Source: Gammaproteobacteria bacterium (GTDB taxonomy: Bacteria > Pseudomonadota > Gammaproteobacteria > JABABF01). From it: DNA of 64,000 nucleotides. Below, piece by piece: positions 29,544 through 39,417 of the stretch. The notes under the pieces were generated by a model, which saw only the letters and a list, made by a program, of their open reading frames with translations, ran no database searches and had not been told where the DNA came from. The DNA is taken from assembly GCA_965237805.1 (NCBI GenBank), contig OZ250153.1:992001-1056000 (forward strand). Direction: 5' to 3'. Position numbers and translations under genes: made by a program. Numbering within the stretch: position 1 is the first letter of the stretch; the number at the start of each line of letters is the position of its first letter.

Positions 29544-31031
29544 TCAGCTGGCGGCGCTGCGAGCCATGGCCACGGCACGCAGCATCACGCGAGCCTTGCT
29601 CGCGGTCTCCTCCCATTCCAGTGCTGGCACCGAATCGGCAACGATGCCGCCACCGGCCTGTGCGAAGACGGTGCCATCCTTGACCACCGCCGTGCGAATC
29701 GCCACCGCCGTGTCCATATCGCCCTGCCAAGAGAGGTAGCCAACGGCACCGCCATACATACCGCGCCGCACCGGCTCCAATTCGTCGATGATCTGCATCG
29801 CTCGTATTTTGGGTGCCCCGCTCAGGGTGCCCGCTGGCAGGATGGCGCTCAGCACGTCAAGGGCATCGCTGTCCTCGCGCAGCTGGCCAATCACCGTGGA
29901 GACGATGTGCATGACATGCGAATAGCGCTCCACCACCATGTACTCCGACACCGCTACCCGCCCGGGACGTGCGATACGCCCGACATCGTTGCGCCCCAAA
30001 TCCACCAACATCAAGTGCTCGGCCACCTCCTTGGGATCGGCCAGCAATTCGAGTTCCAAGGCGCGATCCTCCGCCGCATCCCGCCCGCGTCGTCGGGTTC
30101 CTGCGATCGGGCGCGTCAACACCGTGCCACCGCGGCAACGCGCCAAGCTTTCCGGCGAAGAGCCGACAATGTGGAAATCCCCAAAATCAAAGAAATAGAG
30201 ATAGGGTGAGGGATTCAACTGGCGCAGGGCGCGGTAAAAATCCAGCACACTTGCACCGAGCGGCAAGGACAGACGGCGCGAGGGCACCGCCTGCATGATG
30301 TCGCCGGCGATGATGTACTCGCGGATGCGCTCGATACCAGCCTCGTAGACTTCCCTGCCAGTGCCGCAGCGGGCCTCGTCCTCAATCGCCGCATCGGTAG
30401 CGACAGCGGCGTCCAGCGGTGCCAGAGCTGGCCGTGCCACTGTCAGCTGCTGCTCGAGCTCGTCGAGGCGACGGCCAGCGCGATCCCACGCTCCCGACTC
30501 CTCCGTGTCCGCGTGTACCACAAGGCGCAGACGGTCGCGGCGGCGGTCGAAGACCACCAGCTCACGGGCGACGATCAGCAAGGCATCCGGCGTGCCAAGG
30601 GGGTGTGCGGCCGGTGCGGTGACAGCCAGCCGCGGCTCCACATAGCGCAACATATCGTAGGCAAAGTAGCCGGCGAGGCCACCGCAGAACGGCGGTAGAT
30701 CGGGCAACGCTGGCGCTTTGTGACAGCTCATCCAGCGGCGTAGTAGCTGCCACGGGTCGCCCTCCCACCGCTCTGCCAGCTCGCCATCTCGATAGCGGTG
30801 CAACTCCCCCTTGTCCACTACCAAAGTATCCCGGGCAGGCAACAACACGATGGAATGATGACCCCAGCGCTCGCCACCGCCGACCGATTCCAGACAACCG
30901 GAATTGGGGCCTTGAGCCAACTGCGCGTACAGCTCGCAGGGTTCGTGCTGCCCGCGGGGCAGGTCGCGGATGCGCGGAACATAGCGAAAGCCTTCGCGAG
31001 CCAGCCGTGCGTAGTCGGCAGCGCTGGTCAT
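29544..31031 (-). CDS. trpE: Anthranilate synthase component I
   Basis: NPSPY, GSSPE, PIAGTR.RG, EHLMLVDLGRND, PAGTLSGAPKIRAM, QAGGGIVADS. Confidence 0.95.
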   Translation of the reverse strand: MTSAADYARLAREGFRYVPRIRDLPRGQHEPCELYAQLAQGPNSGCLESVGGGERWGHHSIVLLPARDTLVVDKGELHRYRDGELAERWEGDPWQLLRRWMSCHKAPALPDLPPFCGGLAGYFAYDMLRYVEPRLAVTAPAAHPLGTPDALLIVARELVVFDRRRDRLRLVVHADTEESGAWDRAGRRLDELEQQLTVARPALAPLDAAVATDAAIEDEARCGTGREVYEAGIERIREYIIAGDIMQAVPSRRLSLPLGASVLDFYRALRQLNPSPYLYFFDFGDFHIVGSSPESLARCRGGTVLTRPIAGTRRRGRDAAEDRALELELLADPKEVAEHLMLVDLGRNDVGRIARPGRVAVSEYMVVERYSHVMHIVSTVIGQLREDSDALDVLSAILPAGTLSGAPKIRAMQIIDELEPVRRGMYGGAVGYLSWQGDMDTAVAIRTAVVKDGTVFAQAGGGIVADSVPALEWEETASKARVMLRAVAMARSAAS

Positions 31032-31288
31032 GACAGTACACCGTAGGCGGCATGGAGGGCGGTTCGGCACGCTGAGTGGCCACAGGCACCGGCATCGCGA
31101 CATTCCCTGATAGGGGCGCTGACAGACATGGTGGGCATGGCTTCGTCGACGCGGCGAGGATAGTGATCGGTGGCAGAGAGGGTCGGCACCGACCGAGACC
31201 AACGGCGTGCGAGATGCCGGGAAAGTGACCGAACGGCGCACTAAATTGTAGCGCACAGCGGTGATGGTGCCCTGTAGAATGCTCCACT

Positions 31289-32785
31289 ATGGGCGTTTTT
31301 GAGCAACTGCCTGACACTGCGCCGGTACTGGTTGGCGTCGGCTCGGTGACGCGGCGCGACGGCCCGCCGGAGCAAGCCCCCGAAGCGGTGGCGCTAATGG
31401 CCGAGGCACTGCGCCGCGCCGAGGCCGACGCCGACGCACCGGGGCTGTTGGCCGAGGCCAACTCAATCCGTGTGCCGCGCGGCTTCTGGGGTTACCGTGA
31501 CCCCGGCCACCTGCTGGCCCAAACCCTGCGAGCCCAGCGCTCGCGCAGTGTGCTGGCCGAGATCGGCATCTTGCAGCAGAGCCTGATCAGCGCCGCCTGC
31601 GCAGACATCGCTGCTGGCGAGGAAGAGGTGGTGCTGGTGGTGGGCGGCGAGGCACGCCACCGGGCGGCGCAGGCAAGACGCGCTGGCGTGGCGGTGGCCG
31701 AGCACGAGCAGGGGGAGGACATTGAGCCAGATCAGACACTGCGTCCGAGCAGCGATTTCGGCTTCAGCTGGGAGGGCGAGCGCGGCCTGATGCTGCCGGT
31801 GACCTGCTACGCCGTACTGGACAATGCGCTGTCCGCCCATCTGGGGCTGTCCGCCGCAACACATCGACAGGAGCTGGATACGCTCGGCGCGGCGCTGAGC
31901 GCGGTGGCGGCAGACAACCCCGAGGCGTGGAGCCGCGAGGCGCTGGACGAAGCGGCACTGCATCCGGGTGCCGACAACCCCTACTTAGCCTATCCCTACA
32001 CACGACTCGACGCCTCGCAGTGGAATGTGGACCAAGCGGCGGGACTATTGCTGTGTTCGGCGGCGACGGCGCGGCGCCACGGCGTGGCCGAGCAACGCTG
32101 GCTATTCCCGTTGGCCGCCGCCGAAAACAATCATATGACCACTTTGCCAGCACGCGCCGAGCTGCACCGCTGCCACGGCATGCGGCTGGCCGTGGAGCGC
32201 ACGCTGGACAACGGCGGCACGACGCTGGCCGAAGTGGATCTCTTGGATCTCTACAGCTGCTTCCCGTCAGCTCTGCGCTTGCAGCTGGAGGAACTGGGGC
32301 TGGGGCGCGGACTCACACCGCCACCCACCATCACTGGCGGCATGCGCTTCGCTGGCGGGCCGCTCAACAACTATGTATTGCAAGCCACAGCGCGCATGGC
32401 CATGCGCCTGCGCGGTGGCGATGGTCGCCGCGGCCTGATCAGCTGTGTCAGCGGTATCCTGCACAAGCAGGCGGCGGCGCTGTGGGGCACCCAAGCACCG
32501 ACAGCACCATTCCGGAACGAAGAACTCGGCGCGGCGGTGGCCGCGACAGAGACAACGCGCCCGCAGCGTCCCGACTACTGCGGGGCAGCCACCGTGATCG
32601 GCCACACCGTCAACTTCAGCCGCAACGGCGAGCCACAACAGGCAGTGGCCATCTGCGAGGGCAGGGGTGGCGAGCGCACTGTCGCCTGCTCCGAGGATGT
32701 GGCGCTAATGGCCGCCATGATGGCCGAGAACTGGTGTGGCCGCGCCGTGGCGATCAGGACGGCGGGACGGTTGGAAGCTGCCTAA
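31289..32785 (+). CDS. Thiolase-like protein (acetyl-CoA acetyltransferase family with extra C-terminal domain)
   Basis: PVLVGVG, NVDQAAG, DLYSCFPSA, TGGMRFAGGPLNNY. Confidence 0.8.
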   Translation: MGVFEQLPDTAPVLVGVGSVTRRDGPPEQAPEAVALMAEALRRAEADADAPGLLAEANSIRVPRGFWGYRDPGHLLAQTLRAQRSRSVLAEIGILQQSLISAACADIAAGEEEVVLVVGGEARHRAAQARRAGVAVAEHEQGEDIEPDQTLRPSSDFGFSWEGERGLMLPVTCYAVLDNALSAHLGLSAATHRQELDTLGAALSAVAADNPEAWSREALDEAALHPGADNPYLAYPYTRLDASQWNVDQAAGLLLCSAATARRHGVAEQRWLFPLAAAENNHMTTLPARAELHRCHGMRLAVERTLDNGGTTLAEVDLLDLYSCFPSALRLQLEELGLGRGLTPPPTITGGMRFAGGPLNNYVLQATARMAMRLRGGDGRRGLISCVSGILHKQAAALWGTQAPTAPFRNEELGAAVAATETTRPQRPDYCGAATVIGHTVNFSRNGEPQQAVAICEGRGGERTVACSEDVALMAAMMAENWCGRAVAIRTAGRLEAA

Positions 32786-32881
32786 GGCCTCGGGCAGACC
32801 AGCCAGCTCTTGGTGCACAGTGGCTCGGTGGCAGCGCATCGCGACAGCTGATGCGCCCGCACTAAGCGGGCGGTGTCACCC

Positions 32882-33880
32882 TCAACCGCCCACCCGCACC
32901 GACAGCCGGCCACGCTGCTCGCCAGCCAGTAGTGCTGCCGCCCGTCCCGACACATCGGCCAGCGCCAGCTCCTCCGAAGCGATGGCATCCAGTGCTGCGT
33001 CGGGCAGTTCTGAGGCCAAGCGGTGCCAAGCGGTGCGGCGCAGCTCGGCCGAGCAGCTGACCGTGTCCACCCCCTGCAGGCGCACGCTGCGCAGGATGAA
33101 GGGCATCACATTGCCAGGCCATGCCGTCGCCCCGGCCAAGCCGCATGCCGCCACCGCGCCGCCATAGTTGGTCTGCGCCAATAAGCGCGCCAACACCAAG
33201 CCACCCACCGTATCCACCGCCCCGGCCCAACGCTGCTTCTCCAAGGGTCCCGAAGGGGCCTCGGCTTCCTCGCGCGACAGCAGTGCGGTGGCACCGAGGC
33301 CACGCAGATAGTCCCCCAAGGCTGAGTGACGCCCGCTGAGCGCCGTCACCTCATAGCCCAGCGCCGCCAGCAAAGCCACCGCCACACCACCGACACCACC
33401 GCCAGCACCGCTGACCGCCACCGCGCCCGCTGCCGGCCGCAGACCCGCATCCTCCAGGGCCATCACACAGAGCATCGCCGTCAGGCCAGCGGTGCCCACA
33501 CGCATCGCCCAACGCGCATCGCGACCCGGCGGCACCAGCGTCAGCATGGCCGCTGGCAAGCGGGCACGCTCGCTGTAACCGCCCCAACGCCGCTCGCCCA
33601 AGCCCTGTCCGGTGGCCAGCACCTGCGCACCCACCGGATAGTCCGCCACCGAGGACACCAGGACCTCGCCAGCCAGATCGATGCCCGGCACCATCGGGTA
33701 GTGGCGCACGATGCCCGGACGCCCGACCAGCGCCAGCGCATCCTTGTAATTCAGTGAGGAGTGACTAACCGCCACCAGTACCTCGCCCTCGGCGGCCTCG
33801 TCCAAGGCTCCGGCATCCAAGCGACGCAAGGCGGCAACCTCGCCCTCGGCCTCCAACACCAAGGCCTGAAAAGTGGTCAT
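32882..33880 (-). CDS. acuI: MDR oxidoreductase, AcuI/YhdH (acryloyl-CoA reductase) family
   Basis: SSLNYKDALA, PGIDLAG, GTAGLTAMLCV, GGVG, DTVGG, PFILR. Confidence 0.85.
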   Translation of the reverse strand: MTTFQALVLEAEGEVAALRRLDAGALDEAAEGEVLVAVSHSSLNYKDALALVGRPGIVRHYPMVPGIDLAGEVLVSSVADYPVGAQVLATGQGLGERRWGGYSERARLPAAMLTLVPPGRDARWAMRVGTAGLTAMLCVMALEDAGLRPAAGAVAVSGAGGGVGGVAVALLAALGYEVTALSGRHSALGDYLRGLGATALLSREEAEAPSGPLEKQRWAGAVDTVGGLVLARLLAQTNYGGAVAACGLAGATAWPGNVMPFILRSVRLQGVDTVSCSAELRRTAWHRLASELPDAALDAIASEELALADVSGRAAALLAGEQRGRLSVRVGG

Positions 33881-33908
33881 CGTGCCGCGCAGCGCGGCGG
33901 TGCAACGC

Positions 33909-34328
33909 TTAGAAAAGGACGATCAGCAACACCGCCACCGCCAAAGCGAAGTTGCTGAAAAATCCCACAGCGAAGCAGAGCGAGCGCAGCGGTGGCCGGT
34001 TGGCAGCGTAGGCCGCCCAGTGCCCGACGCGAGCCACGACATAGACACTCGCCGACAGGTTGACCCAGAATGGATCGACCGCGAAGATGATCGCGAGCGC
34101 GATGGTGACGATGAAGGCGCCGAAGTTTTCGAGCGAGTTCCCAAAACTTCGCGCCAAGCGGTAGGAGGTGTCGGCGTGGTCTGGCTCCACCAAAGAGCCG
34201 GGCACATGCGTACCTTGGCTGGCGCTATGCCGGATTGAGGCGCTGGTGATGTTTTGCAACATCACCATGAGCACCAACACAGATACGGCGATCAAGGACA
34301 AGGAGTAGGGGGAGACTAGTTCATGCAT
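33909..34328 (-). CDS. MAPEG family membrane protein
   Basis: RLARSFGNSLEN and YVVARVGHW motifs; four hydrophobic helices; GAGGA RBS 8 nt upstream of the ATG. Confidence 0.8.
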   Translation of the reverse strand: MHELVSPYSLSLIAVSVLVLMVMLQNITSASIRHSASQGTHVPGSLVEPDHADTSYRLARSFGNSLENFGAFIVTIALAIIFAVDPFWVNLSASVYVVARVGHWAAYAANRPPLRSLCFAVGFFSNFALAVAVLLIVLF

Positions 34329-34801
34329 GATTGGATTCCTCGCTACCGATCGGCGAGGGTCCTCGCCGTTCAGATATGCCCCAGTATAGGCAATAGTGTC
34401 ACTGGGTGCTACCGAGTGGAAGTAGTTAATGGCATCGGCCAGTTGCCACACAGGGAGTAGGGCACCAGTTGGCGGTGATAACGATTCCTGTGCCCATGCC
34501 GTGCACCCTCACAGAACCAAGCTTCTCGGTTCCAAGCGTTGCCCCAAGCCACCACAGCCCCGCGAACAGCCCCTAACATCACGGGAGTGGTGATGCGTTC
34601 CCAAGGCAGTGTGTGGTGTAGAATATTTCCAACTGTGCCCGCCACGCCTCTCTGCACTTGCCTAGCGCAAGTCATGATGCGCACCTCGGCGGGCCTTTTC
34701 ATATCCCCGAACCGCGCTGGATGCTGCCCGCACCATCCATATGATGAGCCTTATTCTAGGGCGGTGGCAGAGCTTTTATCCCGACTATAGCACCACCCCC
34801 T

Positions 34802-36766
34802 TCAACCAACCCCCAACTCCTTCGCCCCCGCCACCAACTGCTCCACCACCGCCGGATCGGCTAGGGTCGAGATGTCGCCCATATTGTCGAACTCGCCAGC
34901 GGCGATGTGGCGCAGGATGCGGCGCATGATCTTGCCGGAGCGGGTCTTCGGCAAAGCCGGTGACCACTGCAAGCGCTCCGGTGTGGCAATCGGCCCGATC
35001 TGCGAGCGCAGCCAGTCGCGTAGCTTGGCCCGCAACGCCTCACTGGGCTCGGCATCGGCCACCAAAGTCACATAGACATGTAGCGCCTCTCCCTTGACCT
35101 CGTGCGGGCAGCCGACCACCGCCGCCTCGGCCACCTGCGGGTGCGCCACCAGCGCACTCTCCAACTCGGCGGTGCCCATGCGGTGTCCGGAGACATTGAG
35201 CACATCGTCCACGCGGCCGGTGATCCAGTAATCTCCGTCGGCATCGCGGCGGGCACCATCACCGGTGAAATACAAGCCCTCAAAAGTGGAAAAATAGGTG
35301 TCGATGAAGCGCTGGTGGTCGCCGTAGACCGTGCGCATCTGCCCCGGCCAGCTGTCCGTCAACACCAACTTGCCCTCGGCCTCGCCCTCCAAGCGCCGCC
35401 CGGCATCGTCCACCAAGGCGGGCTGAATGCCAAAAAATGGACGCGTGGCGGCACCGGGCTTGAGCGGCGTCGCCCCCGGCAATGGGCTGATCATGATGCC
35501 GCCAGTCTCGGTCTGCCACCAAGTGTCGACGATCGGGCAGCGTCCCCCGCCCACCACCTCGTGGTACCAGCGCCAAGCCTCCGGATTGATCGGCTCGCCG
35601 ACCGTGCCCAACAGCCGCAGCGAGCTGAGGTCGTGGCGGCGCACCGGCTCCTCGCCCTCACGCATCAACGCACGGATGGCGGTCGGGGCAGTGTAGAAGA
35701 CATTGACTTGATGGCGCTCGCAGATCTCCCAGAAGCGGCTGGCGTCGGGATAGTTCGGCAAGCCCTCGTAGACCACCGTGGTGGCCCCGTTGGCCAAGGG
35801 GCCGTAGACGATGTAGCTGTGGCCGGTAATCCAACCCACATCGGCTGTGCACCAGTACACCTCATCGTTCTGATAATCAAAGACATGCTGGTGGCTCAGC
35901 GAGGCATAGACCAAGTAGCCGCCGCTGGTGTGCAACACCCCCTTGGGGCGACCGGTGGAGCCGGAGGTATAGAGGATGAACAGCGGGTCCTCCGCCGACA
36001 TCGACACCGCCGGGCAGTCGGCGGGCAAGCTGGCGGACAGCTCGCCATAGTCGACATCGCGCCCCTCCTGCCACGGCACATCGGCACCGGTATAACGCAC
36101 CACCAGCACCTTTTCCAGCGACTCGACACGCGGGTCGGCAACCGCCTCGTCCACCGTCGTCTTCAGCGGCACCGGGCGACCGCCGCGGCGACCCTCATCG
36201 GCGGTGACGACGAAGCGCGAACCGCAGTCGGCAATGCGCCCGGCCAAGGAATTGGCGGAAAAGCCGCCGAAGACCACCGAGTGCACGGCACCGATGCGCG
36301 CACAGGCCAGCATCGCGTAGACCGCCTCTGGGATCATCGGCAGGTAGAGTGTGACGCGGTCGCCGCGCGCCACACCGATGGCCAGCAAGGCATTGGCGAA
36401 ACGGCACACCTCGGTGTACAGCTGGCGGTAACTGATGGAGCGGCTCTGCCCCGGCTCATCGCCCACCCACAACAACGCCGTGGCATCACCGCGCTCGGCC
36501 AAGTGGCGGTCGACGCAGTTGGCGCAGACATTGAGTTCGCCGTCGCTGTACCAGCGGATACGCAGGTCTTTGCTGGCGAAGGACACATCTTTGACCTGCC
36601 GATAGGGCTTGATCCAGTCGAGACGACGCCCCTGCTCGGCCCAGAAGCCCTTGTTGTCATCCACCGATTTGCGGTAGAGCTCCCGATAATCCTCCGCCGT
36701 CACCGCGGCGCGCTCTGCCATCTCCTCTGGCACCGGGTAGATCCGTTGCCGTCCATCTGCCGCCAT
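34802..36766 (-). CDS. acs: Acetyl-CoA synthetase
   Basis: [56 protein letters not shown]. Confidence 0.97.
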   Translation of the reverse strand: MAADGRQRIYPVPEEMAERAAVTAEDYRELYRKSVDDNKGFWAEQGRRLDWIKPYRQVKDVSFASKDLRIRWYSDGELNVCANCVDRHLAERGDATALLWVGDEPGQSRSISYRQLYTEVCRFANALLAIGVARGDRVTLYLPMIPEAVYAMLACARIGAVHSVVFGGFSANSLAGRIADCGSRFVVTADEGRRGGRPVPLKTTVDEAVADPRVESLEKVLVVRYTGADVPWQEGRDVDYGELSASLPADCPAVSMSAEDPLFILYTSGSTGRPKGVLHTSGGYLVYASLSHQHVFDYQNDEVYWCTADVGWITGHSYIVYGPLANGATTVVYEGLPNYPDASRFWEICERHQVNVFYTAPTAIRALMREGEEPVRRHDLSSLRLLGTVGEPINPEAWRWYHEVVGGGRCPIVDTWWQTETGGIMISPLPGATPLKPGAATRPFFGIQPALVDDAGRRLEGEAEGKLVLTDSWPGQMRTVYGDHQRFIDTYFSTFEGLYFTGDGARRDADGDYWITGRVDDVLNVSGHRMGTAELESALVAHPQVAEAAVVGCPHEVKGEALHVYVTLVADAEPSEALRAKLRDWLRSQIGPIATPERLQWSPALPKTRSGKIMRRILRHIAAGEFDNMGDISTLADPAVVEQLVAGAKELGVG

Positions 36767-36910
36767 CGTCTAAGTCTCCCAAGCCAGTGCGAACGGACAT
36801 GTTGCCGCATATGGCCGACAGACGCAACGCAAAGCATGGGCGGCGGCACGCAAGGGGGATCTTGCTAAAATGGCGCTTTGAACAATACAGTGCGACATCT
36901 GGAAAGCGCT

Positions 36911-37522
36911 ATGGAAATCGCCTTGATCTGCGGGAGCCAACGACCGGACTCTGAGAGTGCGCGTGTGGGGCATTTTCTGGAACGGCGGCTGCATGAGGAG
37001 GGCTTGTGCGAGGCGACTTGGCGGCTGGAGCTGGGTGAGACGCCGTTGCCGCTGTGGCGACCCGGCGTGCAACAAGATCCAGCACATGGCGAGCGGCTAG
37101 CCGAGCTCGGAGAGCGGCTGGCAGCGGCCGACGGCTTGGTCATCATCAGCCCTGAATGGTGTGGCATGGTGCCCGGAGCACTGAAAAACTTCTTCCTGCT
37201 CTGGGGACCAGATCAACTCGCCAACAAACCAGCTCTGCCAGTGGCGGTCTCCAGCGAAGACGGCGGGGCCTATCCCATCGCCGAGCTGCGCATGAGCAGC
37301 TACAAAAACAGCCGCCTGCTCTATGTGCCCGAAAACCTGATCGTGCGCTGGGTCGGCGAGCGACTGCACAAGACCTTGTCCGCAGAGCATCCCGAAGCCG
37401 ACCGGATGCTACGCGAACGCGCCGACTACGCCTTGGGGCAACTGTGCGCCTACGCCAAGGCGCTGGCCCCGCAACGAGCCAGCGGCGCACTCGATGTCGG
37501 CAACTACGATAGCGGTATGTGA
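36911..37522 (+). CDS. NAD(P)H-dependent FMN reductase (flavodoxin-like)
   Basis: GSQRPDSES, ADGLVIISPEW.GMVPGALKNFF, KP. Confidence 0.88.
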   Translation: MEIALICGSQRPDSESARVGHFLERRLHEEGLCEATWRLELGETPLPLWRPGVQQDPAHGERLAELGERLAAADGLVIISPEWCGMVPGALKNFFLLWGPDQLANKPALPVAVSSEDGGAYPIAELRMSSYKNSRLLYVPENLIVRWVGERLHKTLSAEHPEADRMLRERADYALGQLCAYAKALAPQRASGALDVGNYDSGM

Positions 37523-37539
37523 GTGCCCAGACACAGCGA

Positions 37540-38442
37540 TCAGGGCGCGGCGGTGGCCCCGTCGTGAGCAGCGTCGGCCGCGGCCGCTTGCCGCGCTCTC
37601 TCTCGCAGCGCCTCGCCTTTGACATAGCGCTCGTAGCGCTCGTGCGCGACCAAGTAGTCGACAACGCGCAGCATCTCCTCCATGTCGCGGCTGGCGCGCA
37701 CTTGGTAAGTGCCAGCGATGATCATGGCCGGCGTGCCGCCGATGGCGTGGGCGCGCATGCGCGCCTCGGCCTGAACCGGTGACCTAGCGACGCTGAAAGA
37801 TGACCACGCCCGCTCGAAATCCGCGCGCGGCACACCGGCCTTGACAAAGAAATCAGCCAGTGCCGAAGCCGTGTGCAATGGCTGTTGTTGCATCGCCAAG
37901 GCGCTGAACAAGGCCTCGTGGATGTCATCCAAGCGCCCCAGCGCCTTGGCCGTGTAATAGGCGCGCGCATGCGGCTTCATCAGATCGCGCCAGACAGCCG
38001 GTGCCGCGCTGAAGCGCACATCGGATGGCTGGCGGGTCACCCAGAGACGCAAGATTGGCTCGAACAGCGCACAGTGCGGACAGCCATACCAGAAAAACTC
38101 GATGACCTCAATGCGTTTGGATGAGCTGGGCTGCGGAGTCTGCAACCGGGCATAGTGCTCGCCCTCATGGTAGATTTCTTCCGGTTTGGGCGGTGGTGTA
38201 CGACGGGAGGGGGGGGCGCGCTTGGCGACTGGCGCGGCGCGGCGCGTCTGCTGCTGGCGGACAACAGCGGGCTTGGAAGCGGGCTCGGCGGCTTCCTGTT
38301 GTGGCACCTTGGCTGGCCCAAAAAAATCGCCCGCCCAAGCCGGGGCGGCCACCAGCCCCATCAACAAGGCGACCGGAACCAGCACCCCAAATGGCCGCTG
38401 CACCGGGGAAGTGCGCCGCAGCTCAGCGCAGACCTTGGGCAT
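37540..38442 (-). CDS. dsbA: Thiol:disulfide oxidoreductase DsbA with Pro-rich N-terminal extension
   Basis: EVIEFFWYGCPHC, cis-Pro loop GGTP, signal peptide ending AWA; downstream of cytochrome c4; start uncertain. Confidence 0.9.
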   Translation of the reverse strand: MPKVCAELRRTSPVQRPFGVLVPVALLMGLVAAPAWAGDFFGPAKVPQQEAAEPASKPAVVRQQQTRRAAPVAKRAPPSRRTPPPKPEEIYHEGEHYARLQTPQPSSSKRIEVIEFFWYGCPHCALFEPILRLWVTRQPSDVRFSAAPAVWRDLMKPHARAYYTAKALGRLDDIHEALFSALAMQQQPLHTASALADFFVKAGVPRADFERAWSSFSVARSPVQAEARMRAHAIGGTPAMIIAGTYQVRASRDMEEMLRVVDYLVAHERYERYVKGEALRERARQAAAADAAHDGATAAP

Positions 38443-39052
38443 AATTGGCCACCGCCTCCATCTCGCTTTCACTGAGGAATTGTACTACCCCGGCCATCAC
38501 CTCGGCAGTGGCATCATGAAGACGCCGACGCTCACGGTAATCCTTGAGTCTGGCAACAATGTAGTCGGCGTGCTGGCCAGCGATGCGCGGAAACCCCGCC
38601 GGCGCGTTGCCAGCTCCGTGCGGTGAATGGCAGGCGCTGCAAGCTGGCACACTCTTCGCGGCGATGCCAGCACGGTAGATGCGCTCGCCGAGCGCCAACT
38701 GCTCGCGCCGCGCAACACCGGCACTCATCGCCTGGCTCGCGAACCATGCCGCTATATCGCGCAAGTCTTGCCCGTCCATGCCATCCAACTGGCCAGCCAT
38801 GCTTGGCACCGGATAGGTGCCGCTCTGGATGGCGCGCAGCTGCCGTAGCAAATATTTCGTGTTTTGACCCGCCAGCTTGGGGAAAATCGGGCTCAGGCTG
38901 TTGCCGTCGACATTGTGGCAGGCGACGCAGGAAGCGGCCTTGACGCGGCCAGCGGCAGCGTCCCCACCGTCGGCAGCCGATGCATCGACCAGAACTAACG
39001 CGCCGCACAAGGCAAAGACCATCGAGCAGGGCGCTGGGATCGTACGCCTCAT
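38423..39052 (-). CDS. Diheme cytochrome c4
   Basis: CVACH and CSACH, PKLAGQ and PRIAGQH, signal peptide. Confidence 0.93.
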   Translation of the reverse strand: MRRTIPAPCSMVFALCGALVLVDASAADGGDAAAGRVKAASCVACHNVDGNSLSPIFPKLAGQNTKYLLRQLRAIQSGTYPVPSMAGQLDGMDGQDLRDIAAWFASQAMSAGVARREQLALGERIYRAGIAAKSVPACSACHSPHGAGNAPAGFPRIAGQHADYIVARLKDYRERRRLHDATAEVMAGVVQFLSESEMEAVANYAQGLR

Positions 39053-39417
39053 CGCTGGGATTCCATCATGTAGACAATTAACAGGCGCAGATCTTCGTCG
39101 GCGCAATCGGGGCAAGCGCCCATCGGCGGCATCGCATTATACCCCTGCCGTACATTGGCCACGAGCGCCGCCATGCCCTTTTGAGCCACCAGTTCCCCCC
39201 AGCGCGGGTCGCCGAGGCGCGGCGCATTGGCGACACCAGCAGCGTGGCAAGTGATGCAGCTGCTGAGGAAAAGCCCCTCGATGCGCGCGCTCTCGGTGGC
39301 ATCCTCGACACCAGCACCCACCGACCCAGCCCGCTCGCCACAGCTGGCGGCCAGTGTCAACGACAGGGCGAGGCCGAACAGACCGCCGCGCTGAACCGAG
39401 CGCGGCAAAGCGATCAT
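39049..39417 (-). CDS. Cytochrome c5 family, possible lipoprotein
   Basis: CITCH, GVANAPR, MPPMGACPDC; LAASC lipobox-like. Confidence 0.9.
   Translation of the reverse strand: MIALPRSVQRGGLFGLALSLTLAASCGERAGSVGAGVEDATESARIEGLFLSSCITCHAAGVANAPRLGDPRWGELVAQKGMAALVANVRQGYNAMPPMGACPDCADEDLRLLIVYMMESQR

Noticed and set aside
31032-31250. trp attenuator or leader peptide upstream of trpE
   Set aside because: The short upstream ORF ending at the trpE start has no Trp codons, and no terminator hairpin with a U-tract is visible
35102-36868. 588-aa ORF on the + strand
   Set aside because: Antisense shadow of acs, typical of GC-rich DNA; no motifs
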